DNA of 64,000 nt, taken from Mizuhopecten yessoensis (taxonomy: Eukaryota). Position 1 is the first letter of the stretch, and each line of letters opens with the position of its first letter. The position numbers were made by a program, and so were the translations under genes. The DNA is taken from the NCBI RefSeq assembly GCF_002113885.1, contig NW_018405640.1:193220-257219 (forward strand), given 5' to 3'. The notes below the pieces were generated by a model, which did no database searches, was not told the DNA's origin, and worked only from the letters and a program-made list of their open reading frames with translations. Shown one piece after another: positions 14,037 through 26,642 of the stretch.

Positions 14037-15194
14037 TACTAGCGGAAAAAAGAAATTGTGCATGCCTAAAATGTGTTATAAAAATAAATTTGTATGACGT
14101 AGAACAGCAAGGTTTTCAGGGACAATTTATTTGTTATTTATTAACAGTTGCATTCCATTTTACACGTTATGGAATCAATAAGTTCTCCTCAGGAGTGACG
14201 TAAACACAGCAGGAGTCAATACTGAGTTCACAAAGTTAATATCTCGTATGTCCACCATTTACCTGAATTCAAATTTCCGTTAACAACCATCAGAGGCGTT
14301 CTCTCGTTGGCTGTGATGCCGCCCCAAATCATAACGCTGCCTCCGCCGAAAGAACATCGTTGTACCACACACGCGTCACGGAAACGTTCTCCAACGCGAC
14401 GATACACTCTGGAACGGCCGTCACTACTATCCAGGTGGACTCGCGACTCGTCCGTAAACAAAATGCCGGCCCAATCCCGTCGAGTAAATCGCAGATGCCT
14501 TATGCACCAGTCCAGACGTGCTACACGATGACGTGGCAGAAGAACTTGGCGGATTGCAGGACGTCGCGGACGGATAGCTCGTTCACGCAATCGGTTCCGT
14601 ACAGTTCTCGGGCTTATTGGTAGCAACCCATGGATTGTCCGTGCAGTCAAACTTGCCGTTTGGAAGCGATTTCTCAAATGGACAAGCCGAATATGGTTGT
14701 CCTGCTGACGTGACGTCACACGTGGACGTCCCGCACGAGGTCGATCGCCAACGTGGCCAAACTGTTGATGTCGTCTCCACAAATCCCGGATTGTGTTTCG
14801 ATGGACATGAAAACGTGTGGAGACAACGGCTTGGCCCATACCAGCTTGAAGCATACCAATAATCCGGAGGCGGTCATTTTCATTGAGCCTCGGCATAGCA
14901 TTAATCAAAAATTAAAACGTTATAAGGCTGTTTTTACTGTTCACTGGTCTCAACAGAGTGACTCAACAGTTGACAAATAAACTTTTCTTGTCGAATTGGA
15001 TGGCTGGACGAGAAAAACGTGCAAACTGGTCAACGCCTATAGAGAGCAAGCTGCACAGGAAAAACGGTCAATGTCACACGGATAGTGTGTATGTGTCATA
15101 TTCGGTCATGTGTGTGAATTTTCATGTATATACAGTTGGTAATACATGTTCTATAACAATTTTTCGTATGCATAGTTTCTCTTTTCCGCTAGTA
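14037..15194 (-). mobile_element. Tc1/mariner DNA transposon, internally deleted (non-autonomous)
   Basis: TIRs TACTAGCGGAAAA...TTTTCCGCTAGTA with TA TSD. Contains the transposase ORF at 14228-14908. Confidence 0.93.
14228..14908 (-). pseudogene. Truncated Tc1-family transposase
   Basis: Paired-like HTH, GRPRVT AT-hook, first catalytic Asp in ILFTDES, and SVMIWGGI. After NGNLNS the sequence jumps, in another frame, to the typical C-terminus VNGGHTRY*, so the second D and the E of the DDE triad are missing. Confidence 0.9.
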
Positions 15195-16926
15195 TATAAT
15201 TATATTGATAGTATTTCTACAGAAATATAATGTAGCGTTAAGTCTTACCACACTACTCGTTTAAGAATTATTTATATAATTATTTTGATATTATTTCTAC
15301 AGAAAATATAATGTAGCGTTAAGTCTTACCACACTACTCGTTTAAGAATTATTTATATAATTATTTTGATATTATTTCTACAGAAAATATAATGTAGCGT
15401 TAAGTCTTACCACACTACTCGTTTAAGAATTATTTATATAATTATATTGATATTATTTCTACAGAAAATATAATGTAGCATTAAGTCTTACCTCCGTACT
15501 CGTTTAAGAATTATTTATATAATTATATTGATATTATTTCTACAGAAAATATAATGTAGCATTAAGTCTTACCTCCGTACTCGTTTAAGAATTATTTATA
15601 TAATTATATTGATATTATTTCTACAGAAAATATAATGTAGCATTAAGTCTTACCTCCGTACTCGTTTAAGAATTATTTATATAATTATTTTGATATTATT
15701 TATACAGAAATATAATGTAACGCTAAGTCTTACCACACTACTCGTTTAAGAATTGTTTATATAATTATATTGATAGTATTTCCACATACTGTCATGTAAA
15801 TACAATATTAACGGCATAAAGAGAGACAACCCAAAAAAAACAAAGTGTATCACAAAATTTTATTTCACAAATAACAGTGAATATTATACTTTGTAACAAT
15901 CAATAAAAATAACTTTCTAAATCTTATCATAATATTTAACACGTTATATTATCGAAGTCAAATAGTTTAGGCTAGCACCAAGGTGTATATTGATGACAAT
16001 GAAATTAGGATAATGTTATATAGATAGTGTTTTCTTTCTATTGAAAATATGTTTTGTAGTATTCCTTAACGACACGATTAAAACTGTAAATATGTCAAAA
16101 TTACCAGCTAACATACTTCCTGCTCGTCATTATGACACCCTCACAAAACTAGAAACGCAAATAATTACTGTCAAAACAACTGTAGAACCAAGCTTCACAA
16201 GGATTCTTTCTTACCTTCCTCTATTGACCTATGGAATACACTTCTCAATTATATAAAGCCTAACCCGTTGCTGACTAATCTTAAAAAGCTTTCGAATGCC
16301 TTCTACCTTCTACTGTATGGACATTCTGATATGCTAGTTAAATATAATGAGATAAGATAATGTTTGACTGTGTCCAACATTTCATCAACCAATCGTGAGA
16401 GAATTGGGTATCTGATCATATTCACATCATTTAAGCTGAATTTTCACCACTTCAAATTACGCTAATATAATGCCTCATATTTCAGGTATACACACTTTTT
16501 TACAAAGCAGTACCAATGTCCATTTATATATGATAACCCCCATTAATAAACCTAATTGCCTAAATCCGTATTTTGATCTCACAATTCAAATTGTACGAAG
16601 ATTGAAATCGTAAAAATATTTATAAAGTATGAGAAAATCATGTCTAATTGTGTTCAGATTGTACAGTTTGTCTATCTTGATTTCTTTAAAGTGTTTGTAA
16701 TAAAATTAATTTTTTATACAACTTTTCTCTCCATACATTCAGACAATAATACTTTAAAAAGCGTTATTGCAATATACAATATACCATTATAATATTTCAC
16801 AACACATTTTTCACATTATTATACACGTTTTTGTAAAATATTTTCTTTGGTTCCAGTCACGTTATAATTTTATAATGCATTACATACAGTAATTTACTTA
16901 ATTATTTGTAAACATTATATTTATAT

Positions 16927-17279
16927 ATAATTTAATCTTCCTTGTAACAAGCATTTCCATTGGCTTAAAATTTTATGTTATCATTCCATAACGTAAAAAA
17001 AATGACGTCGCCATTTGTAACGTCGCTTTTGATTGATTGAAAGCGCAATAATTTCTAAGAGAAAAGAGTCCATCAATAAAAGTGGATTTCCACAAGGATT
17101 GTGTATAGTAGATTAAACTATAAGGATTAACTTGAATATATTTTTCATGTTATGGAGCTATAACACAAAAAACCGGAGTGTACTCTCATCATAAACCGCT
17201 TCGCGGTTTATTTAGAGTACACTCCGCTTTTTTGTGTTATATCTCCATAACATGAAAAATATATTCCAGTTAATCCTTA
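16927..17279 (-). mobile_element. Hairpin element family H1, copy 2 (most intact)
   Basis: ~160 bp palindrome at 17121-17279 with central AAACCGCTTCGCGGTTT. Body is homologous to the other two copies. Confidence 0.8.
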
Positions 17280-17307
17280 AATAAATTTGTATATATATAC
17301 GGTTTTG

Positions 17308-17343
<36 letters not shown>

Positions 17344-18150
17344 GCGTATAAAAAGTTTTTTGTTGTGTTAAAATATCAAATCAGGCATTCACAACTCTAT
17401 AAAAATACATTGTTCATAAAATGTATCAAAACAATAAATGTATAATTTGTTATATAATTATGTAACAAAATAATATATATTCGCTATATTATTATACCAT
17501 GATATAATCAGTGTATAAAAAGTATCATGTTATAATTGTATAATATTTTTTTTTTTTAATGTAATCGTACAAAAGTACCATATTATGTGATCGTTGGGTC
17601 ATTTTGAATTCAGATATATTAAAGTTTGTGATTCAGGTGACAGATTCGACTAATGGATTAGTGAGCATGAAAGGTCTAAAATATTGTAGTATTTCTGAAA
17701 TAAATGTTTAAAAAGAATATGTACATTTCCTCTGCTGATGAGATTTTACTATGTAACACGATGAATTAAAACATTATCGTATGAGTAGGTTGATCAACTA
17801 ACGTTTCGACATAAATCTTTATATCAATACATTTTTACTGTGAAAATATTCATCGAAATTAACTTTCAATTTTGATACTGCTTTAAATACTATTCTTCAA
17901 CCTTAATTAGTTGTACAATATTGTCTCAAAAGTCCATCAGGACGGAAAAACAATATTATATGGAAGCAAGTTCCATTCTATTCCTCGACCCTCTCGGAGA
18001 ATTTGTGCAAGCTTAGTGAGATCCCTCGTCTTTTAATGTTGATCACAGATTTAATACTTTGATACACAACCTTATTTAGTGCTGGTTAAATCTCAACCAT
18101 TGTATATTTTCACAACTTCTAAAAACACTCACAACTTGTGTACATAAAAG

Positions 18151-19938
18151 TTAACTCCATAAGATTAAATGATTATATATTTTTAACATTACAGCAGTAT
18201 CAGATGAACTATATGGCAAATATATCTCTCCTAGAACAATAAGACCATTGTCACACCCAACCCACACTCTTTCCTGACTGTCAGTTGCAATGCAACGCGG
18301 CCCCATTGCACGCCTCTTCTTGTCCAATAACACCTTCGCCCTGCAGCCATCTTTTGATAGGGCATATATTTTGTTGTACGATTCATCAACTATAAGGCAA
18401 ACCTTCTTGTTTCCAATAGCTGTGATATCCAACGGATCTGTATCACCCACCCCTTCTCCTCTCCACGTGTACATATATCTGCCCCTTTTATCCACACAAA
18501 CAACGCGATGGTCATCCGGAGCTCTATCAACGACTAGAATCTCACCAGTTGAGAAGGCAGTAACCCTGTATGGGAGCTGGAACACTTCCGGGTCATGGCT
18601 ATCCAATCTTATCTCCTGTAGTATACTCCCAGCTGCAGATAGTCTCAAAACTACGTTCTTACTCTTTTCCACCAATCCAGAAGAATAAGGAGCATTTCCA
18701 CACACGATTACCTCTGCTCCCCCCTCCTGTACACATACACTTCTAGCATAATTTGGGGACAAGTCTGCAAAATTTGTCAACTTCTTACCATTACATGAAA
18801 GCTTTCGGATGCAAGTATCCATGAAACAGGTGATTAGGATTTCCTTTGATTTAAACAAAGCCATGTTGACAACTTCCCGATCAATTTGACATGATCTGGC
18901 TTTTTCGTGCAGGCTTTTGTCTATGAGAACAAGTTGTCTCCCCTTGTTTTCATGTCTGGTCCCTTCGGCGTCGTCGCCATTGCTGCTATAGGAAAGCCAT
19001 GCCGACCCGTCGTCAAGGGGGCACAGAGCAATGATCTTCTTTCGTACATTAGTCTGAAGGTGTGTCACCTTGAGGTTCAACGACAAATCGTTAAACGCAT
19101 TTATATCTTCTGGTGTTTTCAACATTCCAAACATGGCAACTAATTTTTGTTTCTGAAATGATGCCTTTTCAAATGAAGGAGGTAAAACTCTGTATTCTTC
19201 TGGTGTTTGGAAATCCGAAGATTTTGTTTTCATTTCCTTCGAAAGAACGTGAAGATGGAAAATATTGTTTAATCTTATTTCTTTTTCTATGTCATCAATC
19301 GATGTTTTAAGTTCCTGAGTTTCAGAGGAGTATTTTTTGTGTTTGGATTCATAACGTGATTTCTCCTTCGATTCTATTGAATTGATTTCATGAAGATAAT
19401 CATTCCTGAGACTCATAGTTTCCTCGCAAATCATGGTTGCCACGTCATTAATACTTTGCTTACAGTCGGCAAGCCTTTTGATGATGAATTCATGCATTGT
19501 TCTGTCCTTTTCTTCCACATCGCGATATTTTGCTAGTTTTTCATTGAAATTCTGTATCGTATCACTCAAGGCAGTTTTTAACGATTTAATGCTTCGTTCT
19601 TTGGTGTTCCACTCATGAGATCGATGGTTTTCAGATAAGCAGTCTTGACATATAGTATCATCACATGTCTCACAAAAAAAGTCGAGCTGTTTATCCCCAT
19701 GTCTGACACATGTGTTGTGGTCGTTCTGGTTTATGACCTCGACGTTTTCCCTGGCGTCTCTGATAGATACGATGTTGTCATTCTGTAACTTCTTGTTTTT
19801 AAGATGGTGTGCTCTACACTTTTCACAAAGGCGTTCCTGACAATCGATACAGTACCATTTGACCTCCTCTTCCGATTCACACATTTCACAATTTCCACTT
19901 AACATATCATTTTCGTCAACAGTGTTCTTGTCCGCCAT
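18151..19938 (-). CDS. RING-less tripartite-motif-like protein: two B-box zinc fingers, coiled coil, NHL-like beta-propeller (595 aa)
   Basis: CEMC..WYCIDCQERLCEKCRAHH (B-box 1) and CVRH..FFCETCDDTICQDCLSENHRSH (B-box 2), a heptad-rich middle, and propeller repeats ending GPRCIATDSQERVWVG. Uninterrupted ORF; probable 5'UTR acceptor TTTTACAG near 20004. Confidence 0.9.
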   Translation of the reverse strand: MADKNTVDENDMLSGNCEMCESEEEVKWYCIDCQERLCEKCRAHHLKNKKLQNDNIVSIRDARENVEVINQNDHNTCVRHGDKQLDFFCETCDDTICQDCLSENHRSHEWNTKERSIKSLKTALSDTIQNFNEKLAKYRDVEEKDRTMHEFIIKRLADCKQSINDVATMICEETMSLRNDYLHEINSIESKEKSRYESKHKKYSSETQELKTSIDDIEKEIRLNNIFHLHVLSKEMKTKSSDFQTPEEYRVLPPSFEKASFQKQKLVAMFGMLKTPEDINAFNDLSLNLKVTHLQTNVRKKIIALCPLDDGSAWLSYSSNGDDAEGTRHENKGRQLVLIDKSLHEKARSCQIDREVVNMALFKSKEILITCFMDTCIRKLSCNGKKLTNFADLSPNYARSVCVQEGGAEVIVCGNAPYSSGLVEKSKNVVLRLSAAGSILQEIRLDSHDPEVFQLPYRVTAFSTGEILVVDRAPDDHRVVCVDKRGRYMYTWRGEGVGDTDPLDITAIGNKKVCLIVDESYNKIYALSKDGCRAKVLLDKKRRAMGPRCIATDSQERVWVGCDNGLIVLGEIYLPYSSSDTAVMLKIYNHLILWS

Positions 19939-20634
19939 TTTAGTTTACAGGCGTGCTTTTACTGTCACTCCCAAACAGTAGTTCACACTAGGGAGCCGGT
20001 GCTCTGTAAAAGTAGCTAACAATAACACCGAAACATAGTATACATAACAACACTGTACATATATATGACTGGAGTAATGCTATATGTAACATCATTTGTA
20101 CATAAATGTGAAAATAAATATACATATAAGAGACCATATATAAATTTGCCTTTTAATCAGGCTGGCTATACATCATTGAAAGATGAATATTTATATGTCT
20201 TTTTAAACTGTGTCCATCTCAGATAAATCTCTTCCATATTGTGTATATAACATTAGCTTTTTTCAATAAGGTATATCATACGTTTTTGTGTACATTTTTT
20301 AAGACGTTAGATATATATTCCATTTGTTACACTATTCGCACTACGAAATACAAGTACTGTATACTTAGCAGTGAATGTAATTTCCACACGGCTAAAAATA
20401 GATATTTAAAATTCGGTCATCCACCGTCAATTTAGCTTGAGACTTGCACAAGTTAATTTCCGAGACACCTTTAACACATGTAGTAATATCCTTCCACTAC
20501 TCTTGACACCACCAGATAAGTCGATCCAGACGATGATTTATACAATCTACACCAATATTAATACAGATTTATATACAAAATATATATAAGTATTTAGGCA
20601 GTATTATACAGTTTATATACATAATATTCATCCA

Positions 20635-20868
20635 GGGGCCCGCGGTGGCCAAGTGGTTTAATTAAGACGTCTGACGTTCTGCTACCACTAGCCCTCCACC
20701 ACTGGGTCGCGGGTTCGAGGCCTACGTGGAGCAGTCACCAGGTACTCGCCGTAGGTCGGTGGTTTTTCTGCGGGAACTCCAGCTTTCCTTCACAAATAAA
20801 ACCTGGCATGTCCTTAATTGACCCTAGCTGTTAATAGGGCGTAAAACACAAGCAAACCAAACCAAACG
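20635..20868 (+). mobile_element. tRNA-derived SINE with V-domain-like core and (AAACC)n tail
   Basis: Box A-like GGTGGCCAAGTGG and box B GGGTTCGAGGCC; core GGTGGTTTTTCTGCGGGAACTCCAGCTTTCCTTCAC resembles the V-SINE domain; tail AAACCAAACCAAAC. Confidence 0.75.
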
Positions 20869-21349
20869 AATATGCATGAATTAGGAAAATATAGCATAAT
20901 CTAACAGCAATTGGGAAGATATTCCTAAATTTTCCAAATTTTGGGAAAATATGCACTTTTTGCCAGGGGAAGCAGCCTGTATTCGAATGTAAAAGTATGC
21001 AAAATGGTACTCTGTATCTATATATACACATAGATGCAACATAAACTTTATTTATTTGAAAACGATATCAATGTACGAGTTTCCTATGTTATTTATCATG
21101 TTATGATGGCCCGGATTGAGACGGGAGAGAATTTACGGAAACTGAAGAAACAAGAAAAAAACCTTACGTGAACAATGGAATGATATAGATTTACATTATA
21201 TGTACAGCTTATATAAATTATCCCTACCAATAAAAACAAAGATAGATTTGCATGAGACTGTATTTTAGCATTAATTATACCATAGAAATATCTTGCACTT
21301 ATAGAGCAAAACAGTTAACATTTATCATACTCTGCAATGGTTAAAATGA

Positions 21350-23900
21350 ATATACACCTCTAGTACTATATCATTTTTATAACTATAACCTCCAAAGTAA
21401 TAAATATGTGTTTATATGTCCCGTACTCTATAATTTATATCATTATAAGCTCCAAAGTAATACATATGTATTTACATCACCAGTACTATACAATTTATAA
21501 CACTATAACCTGTAAAGGAATGAATATGTATTTATATCTCCCGTACTGTATAATTGATATCATTATAAGCTTAAAAGAAATGAATATGTATTTATATCTC
21601 CCGTACTCTATAATTATCAACTTAATAACCTCCAAAGAAATAAATTTGTATTTTTACCTCCTGTTCTACATTGTTTCGTAATTATAATCTCCAAAAGAAT
21701 AAATTTGTATTTTTACCTCCTGTTCTACATTGTTTCGTAATTATAATCTCCAAAAGAATAAATTTGTATTTTTACCTCCTGTTCTACATTGTTTCGTAAT
21801 TATAATCTCCAAAAGAATAAATTTGTATTTTTACCTCCTGTTCTACATTGTTTCGTAATTATAATCTCCAAAAGAATAAATTTGTATTTTTACCTCCTGT
21901 TCTACATTGTTTCGTAATTATAATCTCCAAAAGAATAAATTTGTATTTTTACCTCCTGTTCTACATTGTTTCGTAATTATAATCTCCAAAAGAATAAATT
22001 TGTATTTTTACCTCCTGTTCTACATTGTTTCGTAATTATAATCTCCAAACGTATAAATACGTATTTTTACCTCCTGTTCTACATTGTTTCGTAATTATAA
22101 TCTCCAAACGAATAAATATGTATTTTTACCTCCTGTTCTACATTGTTTCGTAATTATAATCTCCAAAAGAATAAATTTGTATTTTTACCTCCTGTTCTAC
22201 ATTGTTTCGTAATTATAATCTCCAAACGTATAAATACGTATTTTTACCTCCTGTTCTACATTGTTTCGTAATTATAATCTCCAAACGAATAAATATGTAT
22301 TTTTACCTCCTGTTTTACATTTGTACATTGTTTCGTAATTATAATCTACAAATGAATACATATGTATTTTACCTCCTGTTCTACATTTTTTCGTAATTAT
22401 AATCTATAAATGAATAAATATGTATTTTACCTCCTGTTTTACATTTGTACATTGTTTCGTAATTATAATCTCCAAACGAATAAATATGTATTTTTACCTC
22501 CTGTTCTACATTGTTTCGTAATTATAATCTCCAAACGAGTAAACATGTATTTTTACCTCCTGTTTTACATTTGTACATTGTTTCGTAATTATAATCTACA
22601 AATGAATACATATGTATTTTACCTCCTGTTCTACATTTTTTCGTAATTATAATCTATAAATGAATAAATATGTATTTTACCTCCTGTTTTACATTTGTAC
22701 ATTGTTTCGTAATTATAATCTCCAAACGAATAAATATGTATTTTTACCTCCTGTTCTACATTGTTTCGTAATTATAATCTCCAAACGAATAAATATGTAT
22801 TTTTACCTCCTGTTTTACATTTGTACATTGTTTCGTAATTATAATCTACAAATGAATACATATGTATTTTACCTCCTGTTCTACATTTTTTCGTAATTAT
22901 AATCTATAAATGAATAAATATGTATTTTACCTCCTGTTTTACATTTGTACATTGTTTCGTAATTATAATCTCCAAACGAATAAATATGTATTTTTACCTC
23001 CTGTTCTACATTGTTTCGTAATTATAATCTCCAAACGAGTAAACATGTATTTTTACCTCCTGTTTTACATTTGTACATTGTTTCGTAATTATAATCTACA
23101 AATGAATACATATGTATTTTACCTCCTGTTCTACATTTTTTCGTAATTATAATCTATAAATGAATAAATATGTATTTTACCTCCTGTTTTACATTTGTAC
23201 ATTGTTTCGTAATTATAATCTCCAAACGAATAAATATGTATTTTTACCTCCTGTTCTACATTGTTTCGTAATTATAATCTCCAAACGAATAAATATGTAT
23301 TTTTACCTCCTGTTCTACATTGTTTCGTAATTATAATCTCCAAACGAATAAATATGTATTTTTACCTCCTGTTTTACATTTGTACATTGTTTCGTAATTA
23401 TAATCTACAAATGAATACATATGTATTTTACCTCCTGTTCTACATTTTTTCGTAATTATAATCTATAAATGAATAAATATGTATTTTACCTCCTGTTTTA
23501 CATTTGTACATTGTTTCGTAATTATAATCTCCAAACGAATAAATATGTATTTTTACCTCCTGTTCTACATTGTTTCGTAATTATAATCTCCAAACGAATA
23601 AATATGTATTTTTACCTCCTGTTCTACATTGTTTCGTAATTATAATCTCCAAAATAATAAATTTGTATTTATACCTCCTGTTCTACATTGTTTCGTAATT
23701 ATAATCCCCAAACGAATAAATATGTATTTATACCTCCTGTTCTACATTGTTTAGTAATTATAATCTCCAAACGAACGAATGTGTATTTATACAAATATAT
23801 ATAAATTTGTATTTATACCTCTTGTTCAACATTCTTTCGTAATTATAACCTCCAAAAGCAAGAATATGTATTTTTACCTCCCGTACTCTACTGCTTAATT
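21350..23900. repeat. 59-bp satellite array (~40 units) with an internal 250-bp higher-order repeat
   Basis: Unit ATTATAATCTCCAAAAGAATAAATTTGTATTTTTACCTCCTGTTCTACATTGTTTCGTA. The 250-bp period shows as near-identical spurious ORFs at 22410, 22660 and 22910. Flanking units are diverged. Confidence 0.95.
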
Positions 23901-24759
23901 ATATAATTATATAATTATTACCTCCAAATAATAAAGATGTTTTTATGATTATAATCTCCTAAGTAATGAAGATGTATTGATATTTATAACCTCCAAAGGC
24001 TGAAACATGTTTGTATACCTCCCGTACTAAAGCGTTTGAAGACATCTGTTTTTTTTTTTTATATTTACATACAAATTCAATGTGTGTACGGATGATACTA
24101 TCGTCAATATATGCATGAGCAATAGAAGCCAGAAATTTCAGTTTATCGTTGTCTGTTCGACGAGTCTGTATGTAATTAATACGCCATTAGCTTTGCTTTT
24201 TATCACAGAAACTTAAATATCTGGACCATTTTTAACGATATTTAACTGCGTGTTTTTAAATCCATTTAGAAAGCTGTTCATTTCAGCTATTTGCCATCCT
24301 GTTTAGAGCTAAGCTTTGTAAACAGAGTACGTGTGGTTTTGTTGGTCTGCATTGTTAGCTTGATATTATGTAAACGCCTTTTGGATTTATTACAATACTA
24401 AAAAAATGTAACTTCATTAGCTATTCTAAATGCCCCCCTGAACACATAAACCAAGACAGGAGGTGTGTCATATAACATTGAAAATGTTCATGCTTGATGT
24501 GTTGTAACATTTCAGTTGAACACAAGTCAGCAATCTGATGAAATACAACACCCGGAAGTTTATAGTGTGTACACTGACATTTGAGGTCGGATCACACTGC
24601 ATCGGTGCGTGACATATTTTGAAGTGGTGGTTGTCCTAAGGATTCTCACTTGTATGGAAGCCTAGCGGCATCGCAGGGGAAATATGACAGTTATATCATA
24701 CGGCGTCAATACACATTGCTGATACATGTACTGAAACTCAAGAAAACGAAATGGCAGAA

Positions 24760-25100
24760 GTGTGTTGTAAACCCTAAATGTTTGTATTTGTAGATTGTTT
24801 TTTACCCTAGATTTGTATTTGTACTTAACACCGAATGTAATCTAGACGTTTGTTTTTGTACTATGTTGTGAACCCTAGATGTTCATATTTGTGCTAAGTT
24901 ATGTTACCTTGAGTTGGTATTTGTGCTGGGTTGTGTAACCTTGAGTTTATATTAGTGCTAACTTTTGTTACCTTATTATTTTAATATGTGCTTAGTTGTG
25001 TAACCTTGGTGTTTTAAAATGTGCTTAGTTGTGTAAACTTAATATTTGAATTTGTGCCTATTTCTGTAACCTTTGTGTTTAAACGTGTGCTTAGTTTGAA
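24760..25100. repeat. Degenerate ~39-bp tandem repeat
   Basis: Recurrent TTTGTGCTWAGTTGTGTAACCTT-type units. Confidence 0.55.
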
Positions 25101-25362
25101 ACAAACAAAGTTAACATTTATACTGCATCATATATCAAATTCTGTCTTACCAGGATGATTTGAGTACAAATGAAAGGAACTCTGTTTTCTTAAGTGGTTT
25201 GCAACAAATAAATATTCTGTTGGTGTTATTATCTTAATACCTATACAAATGTATACGTTGTCTGTCCCTGCTTTAGTTTCTAAGTGTGTAAAAGTATCGA
25301 AATAAAATATATAGCATTCATGCACAATCACGAACTCGGACATCAATGATGATACTTATTCA

Positions 25363-25663
25363 CGGAGTGTACTCTAAATAAACCGCGAAGCAGTTTATGA
25401 TGAGAGTACACTCCGGTTTTTTGTGTTATATCTCCATAACATGAAAAATATATTCAAGTTAATCCTTATAATTTATTCTACTATACACAATCCCTGTGGA
25501 AATACACTTTTATTGATGTACTCTTTTCTCTTAGAAATTATTGCGCTGCTGTATCAGCCAATCAAAAGCGTCGTTACAAACGGCGACATCATTTTTTTTA
25601 CGTTATGGGCTGATAAATTTTTAAGCCAATGAAAATGCTTGGTACAAGCAAGATTGAATTATT
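25363..25663 (+). mobile_element. Hairpin element family H1, copy 3 (left arm truncated)
   Basis: CGGAGTGTACTCT...AACCGCGAAGCAGTTT...AGAGTACACTCCG followed by the same body as 11960-12159. Confidence 0.75.
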
Positions 25664-26642
25664 ATAAATGACAACATGTGTGAATAGAAGAGACACCAAA
25701 ACAAAAGGAAAGGAAACACAAATCTAAAATAAAATCCGGAGGTTGAACGAATAATATAAAAGGTTTTGTATTTGCCTATATATATCAAATCTAGTTCGGA
25801 CCACATTTTTGTAATAAGTTAGTGTTTGCCTCTTGCTTCAACGTCAATGAATTATGTACTTATGAATATTATTATATCGTTATGGAATATATAAAGAAGA
25901 TAAAGCATCAAAAAGGGTATTTTCTTTTGGCTCAAAGTCTTTTTTCTTGTCAAGGACAGCTATGATTTCTAGTTACCAACATTCATAAGGTATATGACTG
26001 ACCTTTTCAGGTCATGAATTCAACCTCTGCATTATATATTTATAAAAAAATCTTTTAATCATATATTTATTTTAAACAAATGCAATCATGTAATTTTTAT
26101 TTTTAACATATCTGTAGAAAATAATTTCTTTAACCATTTCATATAGCCTTATTGGTAATACGTTATTTTAACTGGATACTTTCTTTACTGGAAAGGACTC
26201 AGCTTTTGAGCTAATAACGTTTATATTTGAGGTTCAACGCTAGTGACAACTGTCTTGATTCATTACATACCTGACAAAGGCTTCAAAAGACATTGTTGGC
26301 GGGTTTAATGGCACATAAGTGCGCTACAGGCGTCTGCTTTGAAAACCAGAAATTTAAAAGCCAAACCAGTGAAGTTGAACGGGAGCGCCCCCTGACATTT
26401 GACCCCATATCGATCCGCCTTCACATATTAAAATCTGCTAAAACTATACATTTTCTTAAGTTCAATATCTGTAGATTTCATTCAATGTAAAATATGACAA
26501 CAAATACCCATTTTAGTTTTCAGAGGCACTGTATTTGACCGGAACAAATTTTAGGTAGGGAATACAATCGTATGAAACACTTGCTGGTTGGCTGATTGAG
26601 TTGTGTGATTCCTAAAGGGATTCCNTATATATATATATATAA

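Larger units (their letters stand above)
13741..15783. repeat. 80-81 bp AT-rich minisatellite (~11 copies) interrupted by a Tc1 element
   Basis: Unit TTATATTGATATTATTTCTACAGAAAATATAATGTAGCGTTAAGTCTTACCACACTACTCGTTTAAGAATTATTTATATAA; period 81 (e.g. 15301, 15382). Copies diverge toward the left edge. Confidence 0.9.

Noticed and set aside
18290-19618. Antisense ORFs overlapping the TRIM genes, Tc1 and LINEs
   Set aside because: Shadow frames of real coding sequence with no independent motifs.
21350-23900. CRISPR-like appearance and repeated 64-78 aa ORFs
   Set aside because: Units are contiguous with no unique spacers, there are no cas genes, and the context is eukaryotic. The ORFs are by-products of the satellite.
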